Shown: positions 29,397-42,490 of the stretch, in pieces
Position numbering within the stretch: position 1 is the stretch's first letter
How the letters are laid out: every line of letters begins with the position of its first letter
From: an uncultured Chloroflexia bacterium
Lineage (GTDB): Bacteria; Chloroflexota; Limnocylindria; Limnocylindrales; CSP1-4
Direction of reading: 5' to 3'
Assembly (NCBI GenBank): GCA_963817095.1
Contig: CAWFND010000001.1
Span: forward strand, 88,920 to 152,919
DNA: 64,000 nt
The notes under the pieces: generated by a model
Databases searched by the model: none
Told to the model about the DNA's origin: nothing
The model's input: the letters and a program-made list of their open reading frames with translations, nothing else
Made by a program: the position numbers and the translations under genes

Positions 29397-30752
29397 TCAG
29401 CGCGACGACGCGGCGGTCACCGACGCCTGGCCCGTCCCGTTGCCGGCGTCATCGGCCAGCGAGGCCCGCCACGCATCCGCGACCGCGGTCAGCTCGCCGG
29501 CCAGCGCGGGTGCCGCGCGACCGTGGACGCGGACGTCACGCTCGCCGTACTCGAGCTCGACGGTCCCGCGCTCGCGGATCCGGGCGAGCAGCTCGCCGGC
29601 CGCGTACGGGACGTGGACGTCGACGTCGACCCAGAGCGAGGCGAGCAGCGCAGCGATCTCGGCCCGCAGCGTGTCGAGGCCGAACCCGGTCAGCGCGGAG
29701 ACGAGGACGGACCCGGCGAGCGCCGGCGCGGGCGCCTCGCCGTCGCGCGCCGCCGCCTCGACGAGGTCGGCCTTGTTGAACGCCACGAGCCGCGGCTTGT
29801 CTCCCGCGCCGAGCTCGTCGAGGACCGTCTGGACGGTCGCCCGGTGCTCGCGGAGATGCGGATCGGACGCATCGACGACCTCGACGAGGACGTCGGCCCG
29901 GTTGACCTCCTCGAGGGTGGCGCGGAAGGCGTCGACCAGCTGGTGCGGCAGCTTGTGGATGAAGCCGACCGTGTCGGTGACGATCGCGGTCTGGCCGTCG
30001 CCGAGCTTCACCTGTCGCGAGGTCGGATCGAGCGTCGCGAACAGCTTGTCCTCGGCCCTGGCGACCTCGCTGCCGACGAGGCTGTTGAGGAGGGTCGACT
30101 TGCCGGCGTTCGTGTACCCGACGATGCCGACCGTCGCCATCATCCGGCGATCGCGCCCGCGCGCCGCCGTCTGGCGCTGCTGGCGGACCTGCTCGACCCG
30201 CTCCTTCATCTTCGCGATGCGGGTCCGGATCAGCCGGCGGTCCGTCTCGAGCTGGCTCTCGCCCGGTCCACGGGTCCCGATCCCGCCCCCGGTCCGCGAC
30301 AGGTGTGTCCAGAGTTTCGTCAGCCGCGGGAGCTGGTATTCGAGCTGGGCGAGCTCGACCTGGAGCCGTCCCTCGTGGGTCTGCGCGTGCAGCGCGAAGA
30401 TGTCGAGGATCAGCCGGCTTCGGTCGATCACCTTGACGTTCAGCAGGCTCTCGAGCGCCTTCTGCTGGCTCGGTGACAGCTCGTCGTCGGCCACGAGGAC
30501 GTCGAAGCCGGTCTCGCTCTTCGCCTGGGCGAGCTCCTCGGCCTTGCCCTTGCCGACGTACCAGTTCGGGTCGACGTGGCGGCGGTTCTGCCACTCCGCG
30601 CCCACGACCTCGGCGCCGGCGGTCGTCGCCAGGTTGGCGAGCTCCGTGAGGGAATCCTCCGCGGACCAGCCGGCGTCGTCGCCGGTGTCGACCGCGACGA
30701 GGAACGCCTTCTCGACGGGCGGCGTGAGATCGATCGAGGTGGGTCGGGCCAT
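29397..30752 (-). CDS. hflX: GTPase HflX
   Basis: GYTNAGKSTL, LFATLDPT, DTVGFI, NKAD. Confidence 0.97.
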   Translation of the reverse strand: MARPTSIDLTPPVEKAFLVAVDTGDDAGWSAEDSLTELANLATTAGAEVVGAEWQNRRHVDPNWYVGKGKAEELAQAKSETGFDVLVADDELSPSQQKALESLLNVKVIDRSRLILDIFALHAQTHEGRLQVELAQLEYQLPRLTKLWTHLSRTGGGIGTRGPGESQLETDRRLIRTRIAKMKERVEQVRQQRQTAARGRDRRMMATVGIVGYTNAGKSTLLNSLVGSEVARAEDKLFATLDPTSRQVKLGDGQTAIVTDTVGFIHKLPHQLVDAFRATLEEVNRADVLVEVVDASDPHLREHRATVQTVLDELGAGDKPRLVAFNKADLVEAAARDGEAPAPALAGSVLVSALTGFGLDTLRAEIAALLASLWVDVDVHVPYAAGELLARIRERGTVELEYGERDVRVHGRAAPALAGELTAVADAWRASLADDAGNGTGQASVTAASSR

Positions 30753-30796
30753 CGGCGAAGGATACGCGGAAGCTCGGCGATCCCGGACGGGAGCTG

Positions 30797-30985
30797 TCAG
30801 CCCGGATCGGTCGGCCGATCGCGACGGACGATGTCGCGGAAGATCAGCCAGCCCAGGACGACGGAGAGGATGAAGCCGGTCGCGGCGCCGACGATTCGTG
30901 GGATGACCGGTTCCACCAGGGCGATGCAGAGCGCGGCGGCGACGAAGGAGCCCAGAGCAATCCCGATGAGACGCAGCTTGGCCAT
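30797..30985 (-). CDS. Small two-TM protein, paralog 1
   Basis: AAGGAGG RBS; GIALGSFVAAAL...LGWLIFRDIVRRD. Confidence 0.75.
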   Translation of the reverse strand: MAKLRLIGIALGSFVAAALCIALVEPVIPRIVGAATGFILSVVLGWLIFRDIVRRDRPTDPG

Positions 30986-31171
30986 CGACGACCTCCTTGT
31001 CGCGGAGTCTGAGCCATCGTGCGGCCAGACGGTTCCGCCCGGACGAGACGACCGAGCCAAACCGATTTCGAGTACCTACGGCACTTGTCAGACTCGGACG
31101 CGGATCGTCGAGGTCGCGCGCGCGGGTCGAGGGCATCGAGGAGGCTTGCCACGAGACCGAGATGGTCGGCC

Positions 31172-31423
31172 CTAGCTGATCAAACGTTTGGCGTGGACGA
31201 GGTCCTGACGCAGGATGTCGCGGTAGACCAGCCAGCCCAGAATCGCCGTCAAGGCGAGCGTGGAGACCGAGCCGGCGCCAGAGAGCCCGAAGAAGAACAC
31301 CGCGAACGGAACCCCGAGCATCGGCAGGGCCATGCTGCCGACGAGCGCGACGGACAGGGCCGCCGCGACGAAGGAGCCCAGGGCGATCCCCATGCGGCGC
31401 AGGCTCCGAATGACCCCCGTCAT
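31172..31423 (-). CDS. Small membrane protein, paralog 2
   Basis: GGAGG RBS; GIALGSFVAAAL...LGWLVYRDILRQD. Confidence 0.75.
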   Translation of the reverse strand: MTGVIRSLRRMGIALGSFVAAALSVALVGSMALPMLGVPFAVFFFGLSGAGSVSTLALTAILGWLVYRDILRQDLVHAKRLIS

Positions 31424-31478
31424 CGCCGTCCTCCCCGGCTGCGACGTGATGCGCACTGGCACCATTGTCGCGCGCGGA

Positions 31479-32429
31479 TCAACCCGCCGGCCGGACGCCT
31501 GCCAGCACCCGACGAGCCGCCGCCAGGGCCGCATCGAGCGGCGGCGCCGGTCGCGTCGAGCCATTCGATGTCGGGCTCGGAGCGGAACCACGTCCGCTGG
31601 CGCTTCGCGAAGGCCTGGTTGCGGCGCGCGTCCTCGGCGATCGCGGCCTCACGGCTGAGCTTGCCGTCGAGGACCGCCCACGCCTCGCGGTAGCCGATCG
31701 CGGAGAACGCCGGGAGCGCCGGATCGAACCGCTCGCGGAGGCCGCGCGCCTCGTCGACGAGGCCGGCGTCGAACTGGCCGCGAGCGCGATGCTCGATCCA
31801 CATCCGGTGCGTCGCGGGGTCCACCGTCGAGCCCGATCCAGCGCGACGGGCCCGTCGTAGCCGCGCGGGGCTGGCAGGTCGAGGTCGCCGCCGACGACCT
31901 CGGCGATCTCGAGCGCCCGGACGACTCGCCGCGGGTTGGCGGTGTCGATCGCCGCCGCCCGGCGCGGCGCGACCGATCGCAACCGTTCCACGAGGGGCTC
32001 CAGCCCGACGGCCGCGTACTCCGCCTCGAGACGTGCGCGGATCGCGGCGTCCGACGGGAGCGCGTCGGTCTGGATCCCGCGGGCGACGGCCCGCAGATAG
32101 AGCCCGGTGCCCCCGGCGAGGATCGCCATGCCGCCGCGTCCGTCGATCTCGGCGAGGACGCCGCGGGCATGGTCGGCGAAGTCCGCGACGGTGAACGGCC
32201 GGTCCGGATCGACGAGGTCGAGGCCGTGATGGGGGATCCCGCGGCGCTCGGCGAGGGTCGCCTTGGCGGTCCCGATGTCCAGTCCGCGGTACACCTGCCG
32301 CGAATCCGCGGAGATGATCTCCGCGGCGATCCCCTCCCCCGCCAGGCGCTCCGCGACATCGATCGCGAGCCCCGTCTTGCCGGTGGCGGTGGCCCCGGCG
32401 ATCACGAGGAGCGGCGGCGCGGCGGTCAC
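31479..32429 (-). CDS. miaA: tRNA dimethylallyltransferase, frameshifted
   Basis: GATATGKT, SADSRQVYRGLDIGTAK, GGTGLY, FAKRQRTWF. Confidence 0.95.
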   Translation of the reverse strand: MTAAPPLLVIAGATATGKTGLAIDVAERLAGEGIAAEIISADSRQVYRGLDIGTAKATLAERRGIPHHGLDLVDPDRPFTVADFADHARGVLAEIDGRGGMAILAGGTGLYLRAVARGIQTDALPSDAAIRARLEAEYAAVGLEPLVERLRSVAPRRAAAIDTANPRRVVRALEIAEVVGGDLDLPAPRGYDGPVALDRARRWTPRRTGCGSSIALAASSTPASSTRRAASASGSIRRSRRSPRSATARRGRSSTASSAVRPRSPRTRAATRPSRSASGRGSAPSPTSNGSTRPAPPLDAALAAARRVLAGVRPAG

Positions 32430-34074
32430 GCGGAGACCAGCACTCCTCGAAGCGCGTAGGGTCCCGCGTGCTCGATCCGGGCCGTCACGAGCCGGCCGAC
32501 GAGCTCCTCGCCGCCCGCGAGATGGACGAGCTTGTTCTGGCGGCTCCGACCCGAGACGCGCGGACCCGGCGCCGGCGCGCGGGCTGCGTCACCGGTCCGT
32601 CGCCGGCCTCGTCGTGGTCGTGACGTCGCGGCGGCGTCACCGTGTCGACGAGGACCTCGACCTCGCGCCCGACCCAGTCAAGGTTCCGCTCGAGCCCGAT
32701 CGCCTCCTGGAGCGCCAGCAGCTCGTTCAGCCGCGCCCGCTTCACCGCAGGCGGGACGTCGTCGGCGAGATGGGTCGCCGGCGTGCCGGGTCGCTCGGAG
32801 TACGCCGCTGCAAAGACCTGGTCGTAGCGGACGGTCTCGAGGAGGCGGAGCGTCGAGCGGAACTGGGCGTCGGTCTCGCCGCAGAACCCGACGATCACGT
32901 CGGTCGAGATCGCGATCCCCGGCACGGCCTCGCGGATCCGGGCGAGCCGCTCGAGATAGTGCTCGACCGTGTACTGGCGGCCCATCCGGCGGAGCACGGC
33001 GTCGTCGCCGGACTGGACCGGCAGGTGGAGGTGGGCGCAGACCGCCGGGCACTCGGCCATCGCCGCGATCAGCCGGTTCGAGAGGTCCCACGGGTGCGAG
33101 GTGACGAACCGGAGTCGCGGGATCGCGGGCACGCCGTCGGCGGTCCGGATCCCGTCGATCGCCCGGATCAGCGCGGCGAGGTCCGGGCGGCCGTGAAGGT
33201 CGAGCTGGCGTCCGGCCCAGCGATCCGTGTCGACGTCGGCGAACCGCGGCTCGGCCGGCAGGTCGTGGCCGTACGAGTTGACGTTCTGGCCGAGGAGCGT
33301 GACCTCGCGGTAGCCGGCGGCAGCGAGCGACCGCGCCTCGTCGACGATCGCGTCGAACGGACCGGCTCCGTTCCGGGCCGCGGCTGAACGGGACGATGCA
33401 GTACGTGCACGTCTTGTCGCAGCCATAGACGATCGGCAGCCAGGCGCTGATCGCCGACTCGCGACGGACCGCGCCGGCCGCCACGGCACTCGCCCTGGTC
33501 CCGGGCAGGTGGTCGGCGGCGCCGACCGTCGTGCGCCCGACGACCGTCGTCGCCGCGCTGGCGAGGCCCACGGCTCCCTGCGCCGACGCCAGCCCGAGCC
33601 GGTCGACCAGCTCCGGCTCCTCGTCGGGCCGCAGGAACAGGTCGACCGCCGGGAAATCGTCGGCGAAGCCCCGCCCGGTCCGGCTCGCGGACGGCGCAGC
33701 CCGTCAGGACGACGCGCATCCCCGGGTTCGTGTCCTTCAGCCGCTGGAGATGGCCCTGGCGGCCGATCACCTTCTGCTCGGCGGCCTCGCGGATCGCGCA
33801 GGTGTTGATCACGATCGAGGTCCGCGACATCCATCGATGCCGCCTCGGCGCATCCGGCGGCCAGGAGACGCCCGGCCATCTCCTCCGAGTCGCTCCGGTT
33901 CATCTGGCAGCCGAGCGTCCAGACGTGGAACGTCGGAAGCGCCGGAGTCTCGGGGCGGTACTCGGCGAGACGCGGGTCCGCGGCCTCGGGCGGCACCGCG
34001 GGCGCGGCCGATGCGCCGGGCACGACGACCTCGAGCACGGGCAGGGCGCGGCCGGGCGGTCGGGTGAGCGTCAT
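32426..34074 (-). CDS. miaB: tRNA methylthiotransferase, frameshifted
   Basis: [40 protein letters not shown]. Confidence 0.95.
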
Positions 34075-35007
34075 CGCCCGGGCATGGTACGCGAGCCGGC
34101 CGCCTCCACCGCCTCACGGAGGGCGGCGGCGACCTCGTCCGGGACCCGCAGCGCGGCGTGCGTCTCGGCGTAGGTCGTCGTGTCGCCGTGGTAGTCGGAG
34201 CCGCCGGTCGCGAGCAGGCCGAGCTCCTCGGCCACGGCCCCGACGGCCTCGACCGTCGATTCGATCGAACGAGATGTAGTAGACCTCGAGACCGGCGAGG
34301 CCCATCTCGACGAGCTCGCGGAGGAGCGGCATCTGCTCCGGCGCCTCGGAGAAGTGGGCGAGCGCCGGCACGCCACCGGCGGCGCGGATCGCCTCGATCG
34401 CCTCGCGCGGGCCCATCCCCTCGCGCGGCACGTACGCCGGACCGCCCCAGCCGATCAGCCGGCGGAACGCGTCCTCGACGCTCGTTGCGTGGCCCGCGGC
34501 GATCAGGGCCCGCCCGATCGTCGGCCGACCGAGGGCGTCGTCGCGGGTCATGTCCAGATCCGCGAGCTGCGCGTCGACCCCGAGCCCGATCTCGCGCAGG
34601 CGCTCGACGGTCTTCTCGAACCGGACGCGGCGCGCGGCACGTTGCCGTGCCAGCGCCGTCTCGAACGCCTCGTCGTCGGGGTCCATCCCGAACCCGAGGA
34701 TGTGGAGCTCACCGTCCTGCAGCGGGATGCCGCGGGCGAGCGCATTGATCTCGACCCCGGGGATCAGCTCGATCGCCGCCGGCAGCGCCCGCCCCAGGAT
34801 GAGCTCCCGGTACGCGGCGAGGTTGTCGTGGTCGGTGATCGCGAGCGTGCGGGTGCCGCTGTCGGCAGCAGCGCGGACGAGCTCGACCGGCTGGAGGACG
34901 CCGTCGGAGCGCAGCGTGTGGGTATGGAGGTCGACGGTCGAGCGGCCGGGCTCGGTGGCCGCCGCGAGCGCCGACGCCCGGGCCGCGTGGCGTCCCTGGC
35001 GCACCAC
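34071..35007 (-). CDS. PHP domain protein, frameshifted
   Basis: [24 protein letters not shown]. Confidence 0.9.
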
Positions 35008-35009
35008 GC

Positions 35010-35885
35010 TCAGACCTCGATCAGCCGGGCGATCCGCTCGATCGCGAGGGCGCGGCCGGTCGCCGGGTCGATGTCGATCTGGGCCGCGTTGAAGACCACC
35101 GGCCCGTCGCCGACCTCGAACCGCGTCGGCAGGGCGTTGATGAAGCGCGGCAGGACGGTCTTCGGGTCGAAGCCGATGACGCTCCAGATCGGCCCCGTCA
35201 TCCCGAGGTCCGTCTGGTACGCGGTGCCGCCCGGCAGGATCCGCTCGTCGCCGGTGACGACATGGGTATGCGTCCCGACGACGGCGCTGACCCGGCCGTC
35301 GAGGTGCAGCCCGAACGCGTTCTTCTCGGACGTGAGCTCGCAGTGGAAGTCGACGAGCCGGACGGGCGGCAGCGGCTCGGACGATTCATCGAGCAGCGCG
35401 TCGGCGTCGGTGAACGGGTTCTCGATCTGCTGCATGTACGTCCGGCCCTGGAAGTTGATGACGGCGAGATCCGTTCCGTCGAGCGCCTGGTAGACGCCCC
35501 ACCCGCGGCCGGGGACGTTGTGCGTGCCGTAGTTCAGCGGCCGCAGGACGCGGTCGCTGGCGTCGAGGAACGGGTAGATCTCGCGCTTGTCCCAGATGTG
35601 GTTGCCGGACGTGATCACGTCGACGCCGGCGGCGTAGAGCGACTCGGCGGTGGATGGCGTCAGGCCCATCCCGCCCGCGACGTTCTCGCCGTTGGCGGTC
35701 ACGAAGTCGATGCCGCGCTCCTCGCGGAGACCGGGAAGGAGGTGCTCCACCGCCACGCGGCCCGGCTTGCCGATCAGGTCGCCGATCATCAGGACCCGAC
35801 AGGCGCCCGGCGGCCGCGGCGCGTTCCCGTTCGGGGGGTTGCCGGGCCGGGTCCGCCCGACGGATTGCGAGGCGGCCTCGGTCAC
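35010..35885 (-). CDS. ymdB: YmdB/TIGR00282 metallophosphoesterase
   Basis: GDLIGKPGR, NGENVAGG, SGNHIWD, GTHTHV. Confidence 0.93.
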   Translation of the reverse strand: MTEAASQSVGRTRPGNPPNGNAPRPPGACRVLMIGDLIGKPGRVAVEHLLPGLREERGIDFVTANGENVAGGMGLTPSTAESLYAAGVDVITSGNHIWDKREIYPFLDASDRVLRPLNYGTHNVPGRGWGVYQALDGTDLAVINFQGRTYMQQIENPFTDADALLDESSEPLPPVRLVDFHCELTSEKNAFGLHLDGRVSAVVGTHTHVVTGDERILPGGTAYQTDLGMTGPIWSVIGFDPKTVLPRFINALPTRFEVGDGPVVFNAAQIDIDPATGRALAIERIARLIEV

Positions 35886-35979
35886 GACCGGTGGGATCGC
35901 CAGGCCGAAGGGCGCGCTTCCGGATCGGCTCGATGGATCATCAACCGCGCGAGGCTCCGCCCTCGAAGGCCGCGTCCCG

Positions 35980-37509
35980 TCACTTCGCGTACTCGACCGC
36001 TCGCGTCTCGCGGATGACCGTGACCTTGATCTGGCCCGGGTAGGTCAGCTGCTCCTCGATCTTCCGGACGATGTCGCGGGCGAGCCGCGACGCGGTGAGA
36101 TCGTCGATCTCCTCCGGTCGGACGAGGATCCGGACCTCGCGGCCGGCCTGGACGGCGAACGAGCGCTCGACGCCCTCGAAGCTGTCCGCGATCGCCTGGA
36201 GGTCTTCGAGCCGCTTGACGTAGGCGTCCATCGTCTCGCCCCGGGCACCCGGTCGCGACGCGCTGATCGCGTCGGCGATCTGGACGATCGGCGACTCGAT
36301 GCAGGTGTACTCGACCTCCTGGTGGTGGGCGGCGATCCCGTTCACGATCTTCGGCGAGAGGTTGTTCCGCTGGGCGATCTGCGCCCCGATCGCGGCGTGC
36401 GGCCCCTCGACCTCATGGTCGACGGCCTTGCCGATGTCGTGGAGCAGGCCGCCCGTCTTCGCGATCTGGACGTCGGCGCCGACCTCCGCCGCGATGACGG
36501 CGGCGAGGCGCGACGTCTCGACGACGTGGTTGAGGACGTTCTGGCCGTAGCTCGTCCGGTACTTCAGTCGACCGAGGAGCTTGATCAGCTCGGGCGGCAG
36601 GCCCGGGACGCCGGCCTCGTAGGCCGCGGCCTCGCCCGCCTGGCGGATGATCAGGTCGACCTCCGCACGGGCCTTGGCGACGACCTCCTCGATCCGTCCG
36701 GGGTGGATCCGGCCGTCGCCGATGAGCTTCGTCAGGGCGACCCGGGCGACCTCGCGTCGGACCGGATCGAAGCCCGAGAGGACGACCGACTCGGGCGTGT
36801 CGTCGATGATCAGGTCGACGCCGGTCGCCTGCTCGAGGGCGCGGATGTTGCGTCCCTCGCGGCCGATGATCCGGCCCTTCATCTCGTCGTTGGGGAGATG
36901 GACGACCGTGACCGTGTGCTCGGCGGTGTGATCGGCCGCGACCCGCTGGATCGCGGTCACGACGATGTCGCGGGCCTTCTCCTCGGCCTCGTCGCGGGCC
37001 CGTCGCTCGATCGAGCGGGCGAGCTTCACCGCGTCGTGCTCGGCCTCCTCGCGGACGGCCTCGAGCAGGAGGCTCTTCGCGTCCTCGGCGCTGACGCCGC
37101 TGACCCGCTCGAGGGCCTCGACCTGCTCCTGGTGGGCCTTCGCGAGGTCTTCGCGGGTCTTGTCGAGGTCGCGCTCGCGCTCGAGGAGCTTGCGATCGCG
37201 CTGCTCGAGCATGTCCGTGCGCTGGTCGAGCTGCTCGTCCCGGGCGAGGAGGCGGCGTTCGAGCGTGCCCAGCTCGTTGCGCTTGGCGCGCGCCTCGTCC
37301 TCGGCTTCGCCCTGCAGCCGGAGCTTCTCGTCCTTCGCCTCGAGGATCAGCTCCTTCTGGCGCGCCCGCGCCTCCGCCTCGATCCGTCGCGCCTCGGCCT
37401 GCGCGGCCTTCATCGACTGCGACGCGAACATCCCGCGGATGATCATGCCGAGCACGACGCCGCCCACGGCGGCGGCAAGGGCCACCGCGACGACGACCGG
37501 TGTCTCCAT
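35980..37509 (-). CDS. rny: Ribonuclease Y
   Basis: TM + coiled coil, [13 protein letters not shown] (KH), LLHDIGKA (HD). Confidence 0.97.
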   Translation of the reverse strand: METPVVVAVALAAAVGGVVLGMIIRGMFASQSMKAAQAEARRIEAEARARQKELILEAKDEKLRLQGEAEDEARAKRNELGTLERRLLARDEQLDQRTDMLEQRDRKLLERERDLDKTREDLAKAHQEQVEALERVSGVSAEDAKSLLLEAVREEAEHDAVKLARSIERRARDEAEEKARDIVVTAIQRVAADHTAEHTVTVVHLPNDEMKGRIIGREGRNIRALEQATGVDLIIDDTPESVVLSGFDPVRREVARVALTKLIGDGRIHPGRIEEVVAKARAEVDLIIRQAGEAAAYEAGVPGLPPELIKLLGRLKYRTSYGQNVLNHVVETSRLAAVIAAEVGADVQIAKTGGLLHDIGKAVDHEVEGPHAAIGAQIAQRNNLSPKIVNGIAAHHQEVEYTCIESPIVQIADAISASRPGARGETMDAYVKRLEDLQAIADSFEGVERSFAVQAGREVRILVRPEEIDDLTASRLARDIVRKIEEQLTYPGQIKVTVIRETRAVEYAK

Positions 37510-37752
37510 CTGTACCTCCCGTCCGGCGCCTGGGTGCCGGAGGATGACGTTCAGTTGTGCGGCGTCGCCCGCGCCGGGAACGGCGACATCGACCGATGGG
37601 CCGGTCGTGGGCGGTGACGATCGCCGGTTGCCTGGGCCCGCGTCGCCTCGGAGCGACGCTTTCAAATCTGCGACGTAGCCTACTACGGTGCGGCCGGTCG
37701 GGCGGGCACGGCCCGACGCGACGACCGCCGATCATGGCCAAAGGGGGTCCGC

Positions 37753-39027
37753 GTGACGCAGAGCCACACCGCCCGGGCGCGAACGGTCGATGTCGTCGTC
37801 GTCGGCGCGGGCCAGGCCGGGCTCGTCGATGAGCCGGCTGCTCGGCCAGGCCGGGCGCGAGCATGTCGTTCTCGACCGTCGGTCCTCGCTCGGCGGCGGC
37901 TGGCAGGATCGCTGGGACGCGTTCTGTCTCGTGACGCCGAACTGCCGACGTCGCTCCCCGGGGATGACTACACGGGGCCCGAGCCCGACGGGATTCATGC
38001 CCCGTGATGAGGTGGTCGCCCACTTCCGCCGATACGCGGAGGTGATCGCCGCGCCGGTCGAGCTGCGAGACGGACGTGACGCGTCTGCGTCGGCGTGAGG
38101 ACGGCGCGTCCCGGTTTCGAGCTGACGACCAGCCAGGGTCCGCTGATCGCGCGAGAGGTCGTCGTTGCCGCCGGCCCGTTCCCGGTCCCGCACATCCCGC
38201 CGGTCGCGTCGGGTCTCGACCCGTCGATCCTCCAACTCCACAGCCACCACTACCGGAACGCGGATGACCTGCCTCCGGGGGGCGTCCTCGTCATCGGGTC
38301 CGGTCAGATCGGGCGTCCAGCTCGCGGAGGAGCTCGACGCGGCCGGCCGATCCGTGGTGCTCTCGGTCGGCCACTGCGGGCGCACCCTGCGCCGGTATCG
38401 CGGCCGGGACAGCTTCTGGTGGATCCACGAGATCGCGGACCGCGGTGCGGCGGTCGGGACGCCACTTGCCGTCGATCGCGGCAACGGCCGACCCGCGCGC
38501 CCGGTTCGTCTGCAATCCGCATGCTGTCCGGCCACGCCGGCGGCCACGACACGAACCTCCGCCAGATGGCGGCCGAGCGGCATCCGTCTCGCCGGGCGGC
38601 TCGAGGCAGCCGATGGACAGCGCGTCCGGTTCGCACCGGATCTCGGCGGCGAACCTCCGCTTCGCCGACAGCGTTCTTCGGCGAGCGCCTCCAGCCGCTG
38701 TTCGATGCCTACATCGAGCGGACGGGCGTCGCCGCCCCGCCGGGTGAGGTCCGCCAGGTCGACTTCGATCCGCCGGAGGTCGCGGAGCTGGATCTGGCCG
38801 CGGAAGGGATCTCGACGCGTCCTCTGGACCAGCGGCTATCGGGCGGCGTTCGGCTGGATCGAGCTGCCGATCCTCGACGAGATCGGGTCTGCCGCGACAG
38901 GTTGGCGGCGTGACGGACGTGCCCGGGCTGACCTTCATCGGGCTCGCCCTGGATGGTCGACATGGGCTCGGCGAACCTCGTCGGCGTCGCCCGCGACGCC
39001 GAGGCGCTCGTCGCCCGCATGGGCTGA
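37753..39027 (+). CDS. Flavin-dependent oxidoreductase/monooxygenase, multiple frameshifts
   Basis: VVVGAGQAGL, RWDAFCLVTPN, QLHSHHYRN, VIGSGQ. Confidence 0.8.
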
Positions 39028-39030
39028 GCC

Positions 39031-39690
39031 TCAGGGCACGATCACGAACGTCGTCGCGCCGAAGGCGTCGCACCAGAGATCATGCGCCGAACGACGGGTC
39101 CTCGAGCATCGTGCGCCACAAGGTCGACGCCGCCTCGCGACAGACGTCCGGCGACGAACCCATTGCGGGCGAGGAGCGCGTAGGCCTTCTGCCGGCGCTG
39201 TCGCGGGTCGGCGACCCGCTCCAGCGAACGCCGGTTGCGCTCGAGCAGCCTCCGGGCGGCGGCGCGATCCGGATCCGTCGCGGCATCGGCTTCAGCGTCC
39301 GTCGCCGGCGTCCGGGCGGTCCTCCCAGCGGACGGCGGCCTCGCGCCGGTCCTCGAGCGACGGCCGCGATCGTCGGCGCGTCGATCCCCTTCTGGCGCGA
39401 GCTCGACGATCAGGGCGTGCTCGCCGCGCGGGATGGGCCCGGTCGCGTGACTCGACCCACTGGCGCCGCGAACGCTGCGTCGTCGAGCATGCCGAGCTCG
39501 GTCAGGCGCCCGATCGCGCCCTCGACAGCTCCGGCCGATAGCCGGCGCTGGCCAGCCGGCTGCGGACCTCGGCACCGAACGGGATCGCGCCTCGAGGAAG
39601 CGGAGCGCGGCGGCTCGAGGACGACCGCCGGATCATCGATCGCCGCTCGTTCCGTCCCGCCGCTCGGCTCGATCGTCGGGCGCGGTCGAG
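39031..39690 (-). CDS. recX: RecX, frameshifted (ends approximate)
   Basis: [29 protein letters not shown]; directly downstream of recA. Confidence 0.85.
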
Positions 39691-39717
39691 CCGCCACGGG
39701 TCCGAGCGCCCGTTCGC

Positions 39718-40805
<1,088 letters not shown>

Positions 40806-40875
40806 GAGTCCGTCACGCTCCTGTCGATCTGTGGCCGTACCGACAGGTCACGCTCCCGGGCGGGACCCTCGACGA

Positions 40876-41047
40876 TCAGCCTTCGTCGGTCGTCTCTTCC
40901 TCGGTGACCCGTCGCGGCTTCCGTTCCTTCCGGATCAGCTCCGCCTGCATCGGCGGCGGCTCCGAAAGCGACGACAGCTTCGGGCTGGCCCGACTTGTCC
41001 TTCGGCTTCTTCTTCGCTTCGCGGTGGGGACGATCTCGAGAGCCCAT
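40876..41047 (-). CDS. Small basic protein, one frameshift
   Basis: GGAGG RBS; MGSRDRPHREAKKKPK...AELIRKERKPR across two frames. Confidence 0.6.
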
Positions 41048-41121
41048 CCATGCTCCTCCGCGTTGGGACGCAGGCTACCGAACGGCCATTCACGCGGACT
41101 GCTCCGCGGCTTCACTGCCGC

Positions 41122-42255
41122 TCATCCGGCCCGCGCGCAGGGCCAGATTCGGCAGCTCAGCGGGGAAGGTCTCCGGACCCCAGTGCGGCGCGGATCCTGA
41201 CCATGAAGTCTAGGGTGAAGGTCAGGTTGTGACAAGTCGCGAGACGGTACGCGAGGAGCTCCTTGGCCCGGAGCAAGATGGGCCAGATAGGCCCGCGAGA
41301 ACGACCGGCAGAGCAGGCACGGGCAGTCGGCCTGGACGGGTTCCGGATCGTCGAGGAAGCGCTGGTTGCGGAGGTTCAGCCGGCCGCCCGGGACCCACAG
41401 CTGGCCGTTCCGGGCGACGCGCGCCGGCAGGACGGAATCGAACAGGTCGACTCCCCGGTGGACCGCGTCGAGCAGGTCCGCCGGCGAGCCCAGCCCCATC
41501 AGGTAGCGCGGCCGCGGGTCGTCGGCGAGCAGCGGAACGACGACGTCCAGCGCGGCGCCCCGCTGGACCGGCGTCTCGTCGCCGGCCAGGCCGCCGATGC
41601 AGATCCCGTCGAACGGCAGCGACGCGATGAACCGCGTGCTCTCGGCGCGGAGGTCCGGCTCCAGGCCGCCCTGGACGATGCCGAACAGCGCCTGGTCCGT
41701 CGCGATGGTGCGCCGCCAGCGAGCGCTCCGCCCAGCGATGGGTCCGCGCGGTGGCATCCGCGACGACGGCCCGCGGCGAGCTCGGGAAGACGGGCTGGTC
41801 GAAGGCGACCGCGACGTCCGACCCGAGCGCCTCCTGGACGCCGATCGCGACCTCCGGCGTGAACCGGTGGGTCGAGCCGTCGAGGTGGCTTCGGAACGTG
41901 ACGCCGTCCTCGTCGACGACCCGCAGGTCGCCGAGCGAGACGACCTGGAAGCCGCCGGAGTCGGTGAGGATCGGGCCGTCCCAGGCCATGAACCGGTGGA
42001 GGCCGCCGAGCCGCGCGGATCCGCTCGTGTCCCGGCCGGAGGTACAGGTGGTACGTGTTGGCGAGGATGATCGAGGCGCCGACCTCGCGGATGTCGTCGG
42101 GATGGAGCGCCTTGACCGTCGCGTTCGTGCCGACCGGCATGAACTGGGGCGTCTCGACGACGCCGTGCGGCAGCTCCAGCCGGCCGAGCCGGGCGCGGGT
42201 CGAGCCGTCGGCGGGCGGCGGGCGTCGTGACGGTGAAGCGAGCGGCGCCGGTCAC
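41122..42255 (-). CDS. tgt: tRNA-guanine transglycosylase, frameshifted
   Basis: [35 protein letters not shown]. Confidence 0.95.
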   Translation of the reverse strand: MTGAARFTVTTPAARRRLDPRPARPAGAAARRRRDAPVHAGRHERDGQGAPSRRHPRGRRLDHPRQHVPPVPPAGTRADPRGSAASTGSWPGTARSSPTPAASRSSRSATCGSSTRTASRSEATSTARPTGSRRRSRSASRRRSGRTSRSPSTSPSSRARRGPSSRMPPRGPIAGRSARWRRTIATDQALFGIVQGGLEPDLRAESTRFIASLPFDGICIGGLAGDETPVQRGAALDVVVPLLADDPRPRYLMGLGSPADLLDAVHRGVDLFDSVLPARVARNGQLWVPGGRLNLRNQRFLDDPEPVQADCPCLLCRSFSRAYLAHLAPGQGAPRVPSRDLSQPDLHPRLHGQDPRRTGVRRPSPLSCRIWPCARAG

Positions 42256-42490
42256 GATCCCGCGACGGCCGAGGATCGCGATGACGATCGAGACCACGAC
42301 CGAGACGACGAGCATCGTCCCGAGCGGGATGTAGATCGTCACGTTGTCGCGCTGGATGACGATGTCGCCCGGCAGGTGGCCCGAGCGACGGGATCCGCGG
42401 GCCGAACACGATCACGAGCCCGGTCGACCGAGGATGACCGACGCCGAGCACGACGAGGGCCCAGCCGAGGCCCTGCATGCCGCTCGACAT
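42252..42490 (-). CDS. DUF2905 family membrane protein, frameshifted
   Basis: LPGDIVI...[12 protein letters not shown]; typical position after ruvB. Confidence 0.8.

Noticed and set aside
28882-37617. Long antisense ORFs (e.g. 28882-30873 +, 35650-37617 +)
   Set aside because: They are shadows of real genes caused by stop-codon scarcity in high-GC DNA.
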